Below are positions 9,466-18,575 of a stretch of DNA of 64,000 bases, piece by piece (position 1 is the first letter of the stretch; the number at the start of each line of letters is the position of its first letter). Under the pieces are notes generated by a model. That model was given only the letters and a program-made list of their open reading frames with translations. It had not been told where the DNA came from and made no database searches. Source of the DNA: Oscillospiraceae bacterium (lineage in GTDB: Bacteria; Bacillota; Clostridia; Oscillospirales; Acutalibacteraceae); assembly GCA_015065615.1 (NCBI GenBank), contig SVPY01000002.1:62973-126972 (forward strand), written 5' to 3'. The translations under genes were made by a program, and so were the position numbers.

Positions 9466-10767
9466 TTATTCTTCGTCCTCGGGTAAAATTACCGAAAGAA
9501 CTGCTTTATCTTCCTGCATAATCTCTCTTAAACGTCTGTTTACGTCCTCAAGAGTTATTTCTGCCAATGAATCAATGTATTTATATAACTCGCGTCCGTT
9601 AAACTTCATGCTGATAAGAGCGTTTGCAATTGCGGAGCTTGAGTTAAGACCTGCTATATTGGAGCCGTAAATGGAGCGTTTGGAAATTTCAAACGCCTCT
9701 TTATCGATACCCGTTTCTTTAAGCTTTTTAATTTCCTTAATAATTTCTTCGCTTACTCTCTTCGGGTCCTTGGATTCACCGCCGAACATAACAGCTGCGT
9801 GACCTTCGCCTTCGAAGAAATCGTAACTGAAGGAGCTTTCGTTAATAAGCTGCATATCGTAAAGGCGCTTGAAAAGAGGTGAAGCGTCGCTTGCCATGGT
9901 ATCAAGGATAATTTCCGTTTCCGCTATGGTTTTTTCATCAATATGCTGACCTCTCACCTTTTCTTTAAAACCGAGCTGGAATAAGGGAAGCGCAACACTC
10001 ATTTTCTGCTCGATGTAATTCTCGCATACCGTTTCGGGCTCTTCCTCAAAAATCCTCTCCACTTTAAAGGGCTCGCTTTTCTTTAAAAGCTTATCGCATA
10101 TTTTAATAACCTTGTCGCACTCTGCGTTACCTGCCACAACCAAAGCCATATTGGAGAGATTGTAGAAAGTATGGTAACAGCGGTACAGGTATTCGGGGGT
10201 TATCTGAGCGATGCTTTCAACCGTACCTGCAATATCAAGCTTGATGGGGTGATTGCGATACATAGCCTTAAGCATATTGAACATTGAGCACCATGATGGG
10301 TCGTCGTCATACATTTTTATTTCCTGACCTATAATTCCCTGCTCTTTTTTGACCGTTTCCTCTGTAAAGTAAGGAGACTGCACGAAATCCAGAAGAATTT
10401 CCAAGGATTCATATATATTCTGTGTTGCGGAGAAAAGGTAGCAGGTGTGCTCAAAGCCCGTGAAAGCATTGGCTGAAGCGCCTGTCTGAGCGAATCTTTC
10501 AAAGGTATCGCCGCCGTCTTCACTTTCAAAAAGCTTATGCTCTAAAAAGTGGGCAATTCCTTCGGGTACTTTTTGGGCGGTTTCTTCGTCGCTTCTTTTA
10601 AAGCAGTTATCTATCGAGCCGTATTTCGTTCCGAATATTGCATAAGTGGTGGAAAAATTTTTCTTGGGATACACGAAAATATCAAGCCCTGTAGGATGAG
10701 TAACTTTATAATAGCAGTCACCTGTACGGGCACTCTCTATTTTTTCCCGGATATATTCATTCTGCAT
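9466..10767 (-). CDS. M16-family zinc peptidase (catalytic subunit type)
   Basis: 433 aa. Inverted zincin motif HxxEH present (HFLEH), followed by EHKLFE. Confidence 0.8.
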   Translation of the reverse strand: MQNEYIREKIESARTGDCYYKVTHPTGLDIFVYPKKNFSTTYAIFGTKYGSIDNCFKRSDEETAQKVPEGIAHFLEHKLFESEDGGDTFERFAQTGASANAFTGFEHTCYLFSATQNIYESLEILLDFVQSPYFTEETVKKEQGIIGQEIKMYDDDPSWCSMFNMLKAMYRNHPIKLDIAGTVESIAQITPEYLYRCYHTFYNLSNMALVVAGNAECDKVIKICDKLLKKSEPFKVERIFEEEPETVCENYIEQKMSVALPLFQLGFKEKVRGQHIDEKTIAETEIILDTMASDASPLFKRLYDMQLINESSFSYDFFEGEGHAAVMFGGESKDPKRVSEEIIKEIKKLKETGIDKEAFEISKRSIYGSNIAGLNSSSAIANALISMKFNGRELYKYIDSLAEITLEDVNRRLREIMQEDKAVLSVILPEDEE

Positions 10768-10783
10768 TTATTTTTCTCCTTTC

Positions 10784-12037
10784 TTATTTTATTACACCTT
10801 TTAATTCATAAACCGTATCGAGTTTAGTAAGCTTTGCAGCTTCTATAACTTCATCCAGAGTTACCTTTTCAAATGCTTCGTACTGCTCTTTCGGAGTTAT
10901 AACGTTTTCTTCAAATATCTGATTCTGGTAGAATATCTCCAGCGAATAGAGCGAATCCTCAATGCCGTTTAAGCTGTTATATAAAGCAAGCTTTGCAGTG
11001 AAAAATTCTTCTTCTGTTATATTTCCTTTTCTTATTTCCTCAAGCTCGTTTAAAATAGCTTCTTTGGCGGCAGGAAGCTTTTCGGTTTCAACACCGCTTT
11101 CCACAAAGAGAGCCTTTTTAAGAAGCAAGGGACGGCAGCTGCAATAATAGCAAAGGCTCATTTTCTCTCGCACGTTCATAAAAAGCTTGGAAATTGCGGA
11201 GCCGCCGTAAATAACGGACATAAGCTTAAGGGCGTTATTATTTTTACACTCCGTTTTGAAGCCTACTACGAGCTTCGACTGTGAAAGTTTCATTTCGTCG
11301 CATACTTCGTGAAGAGTCTCACCTGCGGGTAATGTTTCATTTGTAAGATTATACGGTTCTCTTTCAAAACGGAATTGACTTTTCATAGTGTTTTCCACGT
11401 ATTTGAAATCGCAGTCACCTGAAACGAATATGAAAAATTTTGCTTTTTTAAGCGCTTCGTCCCAGAGAGCGGGCAAAGTATTTTCATCCGTATTTTTAAC
11501 ACTCTGACTTGTACCGTACTTACTGATGCCTGATTTTTCGTTTCTGAAAAGTTCTTTCATGGCTCTGTCCAGAGCAAATATACGCTTATCGTTAAAATCG
11601 GCGTCAATGGCTTCAAGAAGCTGACGTTTCTCCTGAATGAAGCTTTCTTTCGGGAATAAACCTCTCTCATCCTTTAAGGGGCTGAACACGGCGCTTATTA
11701 AAATCGCGAGCAATTCCTGCTCCATTTTCTCACCGCCGAAAGCGTATCTGCCTGAAATACCGCCTAAAGCAACGCTTAAAATCTGATTGTCGCCCATTTT
11801 TGCAACGTCGGCATAAATACTTGCGCCGTAAAGTGAAGCAAGCTTTCGGCTGAATGCCGTGTATTCGGGATACTCCTTTATTACGCGACTTACTATGGAG
11901 GTGAGCATCGCATACTCTGAAGCCGTTTTGGGATTTAATGGTAAAACCATTTTTACGGCAACTCTGAAGGTTTTGAATTTACTGTCTGTAAGATCTATAA
12001 TTTTTACGGAATCTGCTATATCGTAAAAGTTCGGCAT
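10784..12037 (-). CDS. M16-family peptidase-like protein lacking the HxxEH motif (probable non-catalytic partner)
   Basis: 417 aa. Same size class and operon as the HxxEH-bearing neighbour, with no HxxEH seen. The paired arrangement resembles YmfF/YmfH-type pairs. Confidence 0.65.
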   Translation of the reverse strand: MPNFYDIADSVKIIDLTDSKFKTFRVAVKMVLPLNPKTASEYAMLTSIVSRVIKEYPEYTAFSRKLASLYGASIYADVAKMGDNQILSVALGGISGRYAFGGEKMEQELLAILISAVFSPLKDERGLFPKESFIQEKRQLLEAIDADFNDKRIFALDRAMKELFRNEKSGISKYGTSQSVKNTDENTLPALWDEALKKAKFFIFVSGDCDFKYVENTMKSQFRFEREPYNLTNETLPAGETLHEVCDEMKLSQSKLVVGFKTECKNNNALKLMSVIYGGSAISKLFMNVREKMSLCYYCSCRPLLLKKALFVESGVETEKLPAAKEAILNELEEIRKGNITEEEFFTAKLALYNSLNGIEDSLYSLEIFYQNQIFEENVITPKEQYEAFEKVTLDEVIEAAKLTKLDTVYELKGVIK

Positions 12038-12157
12038 AAACTTGACCTTTCATTTAGTGAATAAATATTCTTCAAATCAGTATATCACATAAAAAAGAAA
12101 ATTTAAAGTCTTTCAGTAAAATAAAATGAATATATACATAATTTTTGTATATTTTTA

Positions 12158-12191
12158 AATAAAAATTCCGCACACCCGAAGGCATGCGGAA
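12158..12191 (-). terminator. Intrinsic terminator closing the 12.2-22.5 kb operon
   Basis: Minus strand reads UUCCGCAUGCCuucgGGUGUGCGGAA followed by UUUUU, starting 14 nt after the stop at 12205. Confidence 0.75.
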
Positions 12192-12204
12192 AATTTTAAT
12201 TGAT

Positions 12205-12876
12205 TTATCTTGCTGCTTTAAGCTGGATGTTTCTCTCTTTTGTATTCTTTACGATTTCATTGCAAAGTGCAAGAGCGTTATCCTTAGCATCAACGGAATC
12301 GTAAAGCTTATTTGTAAGGTCGTAGATCTGAATTTCAATATTTCTTACAGCTTCGCTTGTTTTTACGGGGCTGTTGTAAACTTCATCGTATGCTTTTTCA
12401 ATAGCTTTTTTAACTTCCTTATCCTTTGCAAGCTCCAAAGCAGACTGTAATTTAGCACTGCAGGTCTTAACGAAAAGAATTTCTTTCTGGCGTTTTTCTT
12501 CTTTTTCTGCCGTAACTTCGTTAGCGATAAGGTTGATAAGAAGAACTATACCGTAAGCTGCTGCAAGAAGAATCTGAATAATAAGGCAAGCTTTGAAATC
12601 TTCGGGGCGAGCAAGAATAAAGATAATGCCTACTATAAATACAATGAAGAAGTAAACTGCACTTACAGAAGCTAATGCTAAACCGAAAACAGAGCTGCTT
12701 TTGCCTTTTCTTGTAAGTATGGGTGTTGCAACTACCATAATGTAAGCAAGGTGGATAAATGCGTAGGAGATCCAAACGGATGCAGGGTTCTCCTCAGGCT
12801 TGAGAAGGAAGAAAATAACATTAAAAACTATAAGAAAAATAAGGTCTAATGCTATATAAAGAATTGACTTTTTCAT
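12205..12876 (-). CDS. Hypothetical membrane protein: 4 predicted TM helices plus a C-terminal coiled-coil/helical domain
   Basis: 223 aa. Four hydrophobic ~20-aa segments by eye, then a charged helical ~95-aa tail. 32 nt downstream of the SPFH gene. Confidence 0.6.
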   Translation of the reverse strand: MKKSILYIALDLIFLIVFNVIFFLLKPEENPASVWISYAFIHLAYIMVVATPILTRKGKSSSVFGLALASVSAVYFFIVFIVGIIFILARPEDFKACLIIQILLAAAYGIVLLINLIANEVTAEKEEKRQKEILFVKTCSAKLQSALELAKDKEVKKAIEKAYDEVYNSPVKTSEAVRNIEIQIYDLTNKLYDSVDAKDNALALCNEIVKNTKERNIQLKAAR

Positions 12877-12908
12877 TTTAAAATCCCTTTCTTTTACGTT
12901 CCGTTAAA

Positions 12909-14111
12909 TCAGAAATTACTTAAAATTTCAATTTTCTTTGCGTTGTATTCCTGCTCTGTAATAAGACCCATATCGAAGAACTGCTTTAATTTCTGAAGCT
13001 TTGCCATAGGATCGTCTGCATTAGCAGCAGCGGGAGCAGGTGCGGGAGCTGCAGGAGCCTGAGTTTCAGCGGGTGCCTGCTGATTGAAACGGCCTGAAGG
13101 AGCAGCCTGCTGAGGCATAACCTGATTCTGCTGAGGCTGGTTATTTAAGGGAGTAAACATATTCTGTGCCATTGTACCGAATACGTTACCTGCTGCGAAG
13201 CCCATACCGAGACCTGCGCCTGCGGAAGCAACACCGCCTGCACCGGGATTTTCGGCAACCTTTGAAAGAATCTCGGCGGATTTCTGACGGGCCCAATCTT
13301 CACCGAGTACGTCGAAGGCGGCTTTCTGCATCTGAATTTCAGTGCCCATTTCCATCTTCTTCTGGTATGCGCTCATACCTATTTCATCATACTTCTTTCT
13401 CAGTTCACTGTCATCGATATCGAGAGCGGAAATGATAAACTGCTCGCAATTGAGACCGTATTCGCTTACTATTTCCTGCATTCTGGGCTGAAGCTCTGCG
13501 GAGAATTCATCGATTCTTGCTTCAATACCTAAAATTTCCGTATCAAGTTCATTTAAGTGCTTTGCAAGAGCTGATCTTATTTTGCTCTGGAACTGCTCGC
13601 CGAAATAGAGCTTTAAAGAATCCTGAGTAATACCTGCTACGTTGGAGCCAACGAGCTTACTGAGGAAAATGGAAGGATTGGCAATAGAGATCTTATATGC
13701 GCCGCGTGCGCGTAAATCTGTCTTTATGCCGAGCATCTTATCTCTTACGGCAATGGGGGAAGTTGTACCCCACTTAAGCTCCATAGAGTGAGACTGCTTA
13801 ACGAAATAGACAACGCAGTTAAAGGTACTGATACCGCCTGAGAATGCGTTTCTGAGTCTGCTGATAAAGGGATAGTTCTCTGTGGAGAGCTTGTATGTAC
13901 CCTTATCGAAGGTACCCTCGATATTACCGCCCTTTATAAACAGAGCCTGCTCGCCGGGCATAACTATAAGTGTGGAATTTGTGTTGAAGTCCTCCTCGGG
14001 CTGACGCCAGATAAGAAGATCGGGTGAGCCTGTATTTTTGATGACATCGGTCCAGTGCTTTTTACCGCCCTGGTAATTTACTTCATTGGGATTTTTGCCA
14101 AAGAGTGCCAT
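12909..14111 (-). CDS. SPFH/Band-7-like protein of the YdjI ('virion core protein-like') type with a P/Q/A linker and a C-terminal SHOCT domain
   Basis: 400 aa. The N-terminal pattern LIVMPGEQALFIKGG...VVYFV...KWGT matches the YdjI-type SPFH family as I recall it. The PAAPAPAPAA linker is followed by a C-terminal stretch (KLKQFFDMGLITEQEYNAKKIEIL) typical of SHOCT. Confidence 0.7.
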   Translation of the reverse strand: MALFGKNPNEVNYQGGKKHWTDVIKNTGSPDLLIWRQPEEDFNTNSTLIVMPGEQALFIKGGNIEGTFDKGTYKLSTENYPFISRLRNAFSGGISTFNCVVYFVKQSHSMELKWGTTSPIAVRDKMLGIKTDLRARGAYKISIANPSIFLSKLVGSNVAGITQDSLKLYFGEQFQSKIRSALAKHLNELDTEILGIEARIDEFSAELQPRMQEIVSEYGLNCEQFIISALDIDDSELRKKYDEIGMSAYQKKMEMGTEIQMQKAAFDVLGEDWARQKSAEILSKVAENPGAGGVASAGAGLGMGFAAGNVFGTMAQNMFTPLNNQPQQNQVMPQQAAPSGRFNQQAPAETQAPAAPAPAPAAANADDPMAKLQKLKQFFDMGLITEQEYNAKKIEILSNF

Positions 14112-14172
14112 AATATTTTTCCGCCTTTCAATATATTTAATTTATCTTTAATTTTTCACAAAAATAACAGCC

Positions 14173-14469
14173 TTATTTTCTGGGGAAGCCCTTTTTAATT
14201 GTATCAAGAGCTTTTTCTTTATCGTCACGGAGTGTGACCATAAAAGCATATACGCCTGCTGCATCCAAAGGTGAGATCTCGCTTAATTTTTTAGCCGTGT
14301 AGCCTTCAATAACCAAAGCGTTTTCACAATCGAAGCTTCTTGTATCAAGATACACGGAAAACTCTTTTGCAATATCCTCATATTTTAAAATCTTTTTCAT
14401 AAGGACATTAGCAACAACAGGTGTAACTTTCTTTTCCTCTATATAATATTTTAAAATTTTATCTTTCAT
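14173..14469 (-). CDS. Hypothetical 98-aa protein, tightly linked to the acidic zincin gene
   Basis: Starts 3 nt after the stop of the upstream gene. No signal peptide or TM segment. No motif recognised. Confidence 0.55.
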   Translation of the reverse strand: MKDKILKYYIEEKKVTPVVANVLMKKILKYEDIAKEFSVYLDTRSFDCENALVIEGYTAKKLSEISPLDAAGVYAFMVTLRDDKEKALDTIKKGFPRK

Positions 14470-14472
14470 ATA

Positions 14473-16047
14473 TTATCTGCCTTTCAAAGCCTGTAATCTA
14501 TCCTTGAACTGATTTGCAAAAGCTCTTGCCTCTGCCTCAACAAGCTGGTCTTCATAAGCCTGCTGGTCCAAATCGGGGCTGATGTAGTTATCGAAGTTGT
14601 GCTGATACTGGTAATCAAGAGCCGACTGAGGATTCATAGCTCTCTCATGCTGATGGCAATGCCATAACTCGTGAGCAATGGTATCGGCAGCCTCGTCGGA
14701 ATTATAAAGCATATATTCATTGACCATAAGGGTGTTGCTTTCGGGGTCATAGCCTCCGTAGTCGCCCTCTGTTTCATTATTATAATACTCTATTTTCGGA
14801 GGATTTTCAATACCCGATATTTCAGAAACATAATCTGCAAGACCCTGCATTGATTCTTTTTGTTCATCGAGACTTAAATTTTCCCAGTTGGATGCTTCGA
14901 AATTGGAAAGGGAAGAATTAAGACGTTCACTGTCGGTATCAAGGTTAACGTCCTTGAAGCCTTCGGCTAAAGCATCCGCCTCAATACCTTCGTAAATGGA
15001 ATCGTAATCGATGTCACTTATATCAACGGGCTCGTTGGTTTCAGACTGGCTGTAAGTGGAATCGTTAAGCTCAGTAACGCCATCGCGCTCCATATCCGTA
15101 TCGATTGAACCGTCGTCGTGAACTTCACCCATAGGCATACCCTCTGAAACTTCAGGCTCTTCGGCGGGAACTTCTTCCTCAAATGGGATTTCATCCTCTT
15201 CAAATGCATCTTCTTCAAAGGTTTCCTCTTCAAAGTCCTCTTCATTTTCGAAGGTACTGTCAAGCATTTCTTCGGAGGAATCGGAATCTTCCACGTCTTC
15301 TTCAAAATCTAAAGTTTCAAAGTCACCGTCAACACTCTCTTCGTAAGAATCCTCGTAGCTTTCGGTAACGTCCTCTTCGAAATCGTCAAATTCACCTGAA
15401 CCGACGGAGCTCTCTGTGCCGGGAGCTAAAATTTCTCTTACGCCCTCGTAATTTTCAATATCGTTCATCATTTCCCTTGCGCCGCCCTGACGGAAGCCGT
15501 TGAACACGTGGGGAGTAACCTGCTGACCGGGAAAAGCGTCGTTTAAAAATTCCTGCTGAAGGCGGTAACGGTCGGAAGCCAGCATACTTTCAATTTCACT
15601 TTCGGAATAACCTTTATCGCGGTAATCATCTGCAAGCACGTCCAGCTGCTGTTCCACGTTATTGTAGCCTGTTTCAAGAAGCTCTCGCTCATCACGAACT
15701 AAGGTTTTGGGAGCATCCTCTTCAAAATCGGTATAATTTTCACTATAATCATCAGTATTATAGTCGCTTGAGTTATAGTCAGTTTCGTTGTAATCCATAC
15801 TCATATCGTTTTCACTATCCTCATTAAAATCACCGGCATCAAAGGAAGAATCCGATGAAGTTTCCACATTATACTCAGATCCTGTATCTTCGCTAAATTC
15901 ATAGCCGCTATCCTGAGAGTAGTCGGTATCACTTCCCGTATCAGCAGAATAATCGGAAGTATCTGTATCAGAATAATCCGATGAGCTATCTGATGAATAA
16001 CTTAAATCAGAATCATTTGTTTCATAAGAGCTGAAATCTTCTTCCAT
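14473..16047 (-). CDS. Extremely acidic 524-aa protein with a C-terminal HExxH zincin-like module
   Basis: The N-terminal and central parts are D/E/S/Y-rich low complexity. The C-terminal ~130 aa contain AHELWHCHQHE (plus 14644-14676) and a downstream EAEARAF helix. No signal peptide or TM segment. Confidence 0.7.
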   Translation of the reverse strand: MEEDFSSYETNDSDLSYSSDSSSDYSDTDTSDYSADTGSDTDYSQDSGYEFSEDTGSEYNVETSSDSSFDAGDFNEDSENDMSMDYNETDYNSSDYNTDDYSENYTDFEEDAPKTLVRDERELLETGYNNVEQQLDVLADDYRDKGYSESEIESMLASDRYRLQQEFLNDAFPGQQVTPHVFNGFRQGGAREMMNDIENYEGVREILAPGTESSVGSGEFDDFEEDVTESYEDSYEESVDGDFETLDFEEDVEDSDSSEEMLDSTFENEEDFEEETFEEDAFEEDEIPFEEEVPAEEPEVSEGMPMGEVHDDGSIDTDMERDGVTELNDSTYSQSETNEPVDISDIDYDSIYEGIEADALAEGFKDVNLDTDSERLNSSLSNFEASNWENLSLDEQKESMQGLADYVSEISGIENPPKIEYYNNETEGDYGGYDPESNTLMVNEYMLYNSDEAADTIAHELWHCHQHERAMNPQSALDYQYQHNFDNYISPDLDQQAYEDQLVEAEARAFANQFKDRLQALKGR

Positions 16048-16079
16048 TTTAATTCCTCCTTAATGCTTTTTAATTTTTA

Positions 16080-16721
16080 TTAATAACTTTTTGCTGTGTG
16101 AATAATTAAGAATACACTCTCTACTATAAATACAGCTGCAACAATAAGATTTAAAATTGTAGCATACTGTGAAACCGCCATCGTGCCGTAAGTATAAATG
16201 TGGCTCTGTATAATTATGAGCACAATGTTTCCCACTGTATGCCAAAGGAAGAATACTGCCGATATAATTCCGAATATGGGGTTACCGTTTTTAAAGCAAT
16301 GTACACTGAACATAACAAAATAGAAACTATACACAAGGGAAAGACCAAAGAATAAAACAAATACTAATACACCATCTAAACCAAGGTTATTAATTAAGCC
16401 CTGAGCAGAAATATCAACACCGAAAAGACCGAGGAAATTAGGAAGTGCCGCTACACCTAAAGATGCTGCAGTAATAAGTAAAACACTTTCCCTCTCCTCC
16501 ATAAACATAAAGAAGAAGCCAAGCACCGCTAAACCAAACACCAAAGTATAGCCTACACCGTTAAAAGTACCTACTATTCTTTGAATATTATTGTATTCTT
16601 CCAGAGACTTTACGCCATATGTCATAGGAAGCACTATGTTAAGACCTGTGCCTATAAAAAAAACAAGAAGCCTTCCGATAAAACCGAATACGGCAAGTTT
16701 TTTACCTGTTTCGTAATTCAT
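16080..16721 (-). CDS. Paralogous polytopic membrane protein, copy 5 of 5
   Basis: 213 aa, ~6 TM by eye. Shares family motifs with copies 1-4 (FMFMEERESVLLIT; FKNGNPIFGII). Confidence 0.65.
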   Translation of the reverse strand: MNYETGKKLAVFGFIGRLLVFFIGTGLNIVLPMTYGVKSLEEYNNIQRIVGTFNGVGYTLVFGLAVLGFFFMFMEERESVLLITAASLGVAALPNFLGLFGVDISAQGLINNLGLDGVLVFVLFFGLSLVYSFYFVMFSVHCFKNGNPIFGIISAVFFLWHTVGNIVLIIIQSHIYTYGTMAVSQYATILNLIVAAVFIVESVFLIIHTAKSY

Positions 16722-16743
16722 AAAACGTCTCCTTACTTTACTG

Positions 16744-17307
16744 TCAATCGCTGTTTACTGCTGTAACGGCTGCAAGACCTAAATTAAGAGTAATAATAAC
16801 ACCGTTAAAGATATTGATAAGGTAATTAAGAATTCCGCCTACTCCACCGCCGAAAATAATAGCTATAGCTACGGGATATAAGAAAGCGAAGTAAACAAAA
16901 ATGAGAATCATAATAATTCCGGGGGCCGATTTTCCTTTTTTCATAAAGTTTAAGCCTAAGCCCAAAAGGAACAATTCCTCTAAAACGCTGTAAATAAGTT
17001 TTCCTATTGAAAGTTGTGCCCCAAAAACTACGTAGGGGAACAAGCCTGAGGACACCACTAAGGTTATAAGAATTGTAACTGCCGTAATTAAATCGAAAAA
17101 GTCTCTTTCGCCTATAAACTTTAAAAGATATCCGATAAAAGCAATGGCAAGACCTATAAGAAAACCGTAATTAAGATAAATATAGGTATCAGCAATTACC
17201 TCGTCACCGAAAACTATTGCACCGAAATAAGTAAGAATTCTTATACCTGCAGTTAGAGCGCATATTAAAAGTCCGCCACAAGAAATTTTACTACCAACGT
17301 TTGACAT
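16744..17307 (-). CDS. Paralogous polytopic membrane protein, copy 4 of 5
   Basis: Start moved to ATG 17307 (MSNVGSKIS..., aligns with MSETGKKIN / MKNKGNKIV of the paralogs). AAGGAG RBS lies 8 nt upstream. Motifs LKFIGERDFFDLIT and MKKGKSAPGII. Confidence 0.65.
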   Translation of the reverse strand: MSNVGSKISCGGLLICALTAGIRILTYFGAIVFGDEVIADTYIYLNYGFLIGLAIAFIGYLLKFIGERDFFDLITAVTILITLVVSSGLFPYVVFGAQLSIGKLIYSVLEELFLLGLGLNFMKKGKSAPGIIMILIFVYFAFLYPVAIAIIFGGGVGGILNYLINIFNGVIITLNLGLAAVTAVNSD

Positions 17308-17324
17308 AATTAAAGCTCCTTTTA

Positions 17325-17912
17325 TCAATCACTAGAAGCTGTGAAAGTACTGAAAATTAATGTTGCAAGCATAATAACTTCGTTAAATAAATACGTAATG
17401 AAAACTTCGGTATCTGTAAGAATCTTCATAATGGTAGCGTTTGCATGACCACCGAAAAGTTCCTCCGCACATAAAGGAAAAATTATTGCAAGGTAAGCAA
17501 ATGTAAGTAAGATTATACCGCCCTGCATTGTATCGCCTTTTTTGAGTACGTTAATACCGATACCTAAAAGGAATAAATACACTAAAGCACGCTGAATAAT
17601 GTTCTCTGCCATGCTGTATACGGGAATCTGAATAAAATTGAGTGACATTACTATTGAAACACCAATAGTTGCTACTGTTATTACATCGAAAACATCCTTT
17701 TCGCCAAGGAACTTTAAAACGTATCCTGCTGCGCAAAGGAGAAGACCAACGATAAAAGCAAGATTCATATAACCTACAATATCGTTAATTGCCATAAAAG
17801 GCATTTCTAATATTCTTGCAACCCCGCACATATAGAAAACCAATCTGGCTACAATAGCTAACACAGCTAATAAAAGACCAACAAAAACAATTTTATTTCC
17901 TTTGTTTTTCAT
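17325..17912 (-). CDS. Paralogous polytopic membrane protein, copy 3 of 5
   Basis: 195 aa, ~6 TM. Motifs LKFLGEKDVFDVIT and LKKGDTMQGGII. Ends ...SSD, like copy 4 (...NSD). Confidence 0.65.
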   Translation of the reverse strand: MKNKGNKIVFVGLLLAVLAIVARLVFYMCGVARILEMPFMAINDIVGYMNLAFIVGLLLCAAGYVLKFLGEKDVFDVITVATIGVSIVMSLNFIQIPVYSMAENIIQRALVYLFLLGIGINVLKKGDTMQGGIILLTFAYLAIIFPLCAEELFGGHANATIMKILTDTEVFITYLFNEVIMLATLIFSTFTASSD

Positions 17913-17931
17913 AACAAACTCCTTAAATTAA

Positions 17932-18486
17932 TCAGCCTTCCTGATTAATTGATATAGCACTTAAGCCGTAAGAAACAAATTTCACACCTGCATTGAATAT
18001 TAAAAGAACTGTCCATAATTCATCGGGAAGATCTGCATAAAATAATGTGGGAGCAATAACTGCAAAATAAAGGAAAACCAATACTCCTGCAATACCAAAA
18101 AGATGATTACCGTTTTTAAACGCTTTTATCGCAACACCCAACATTACGCAAACTGAAAGAGCATTCATTACCATCATTGTAAAGAAATCACGGTACCAAA
18201 GGTAACCTTCTTCGTTTGCAAGAGCAAACACGTTTATAATTAAGGTAACTACTGCTGTGCCTACAACAATTAAATCTGTAAAATCTCTGTCGCTAAAAAA
18301 TCTTAAAGCTGCGCCTATGGCAGCAATAAGCATTGCTCCTGCCATAATAAGATTTCCGATATTATTTATAGCGTAAAATAAATCACCGTCAAAAAATATC
18401 ATCAAAGCAGCAAAAGCGCACGCCGCCGCACCTAAAGCCGCCGCAATGTAGCCTATCAGATTAATTTTTTTACCTGTTTCACTCAT
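17932..18486 (-). CDS. Paralogous polytopic membrane protein, copy 2 of 5
   Basis: 184 aa, 6 hydrophobic segments. Motifs LRFFSDRDFTDLIV and FKNGNHLFGIA. Confidence 0.65.
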   Translation of the reverse strand: MSETGKKINLIGYIAAALGAAACAFAALMIFFDGDLFYAINNIGNLIMAGAMLIAAIGAALRFFSDRDFTDLIVVGTAVVTLIINVFALANEEGYLWYRDFFTMMVMNALSVCVMLGVAIKAFKNGNHLFGIAGVLVFLYFAVIAPTLFYADLPDELWTVLLIFNAGVKFVSYGLSAISINQEG

Positions 18487-18575
18487 AATAACACCTCAAA
18501 CTAAATATCTCAATATAGCACTCTGCGCCTTCCCCCGTTTTACGGGAAAAGGCGTGAGTTTTTTGTAAATTTTAA

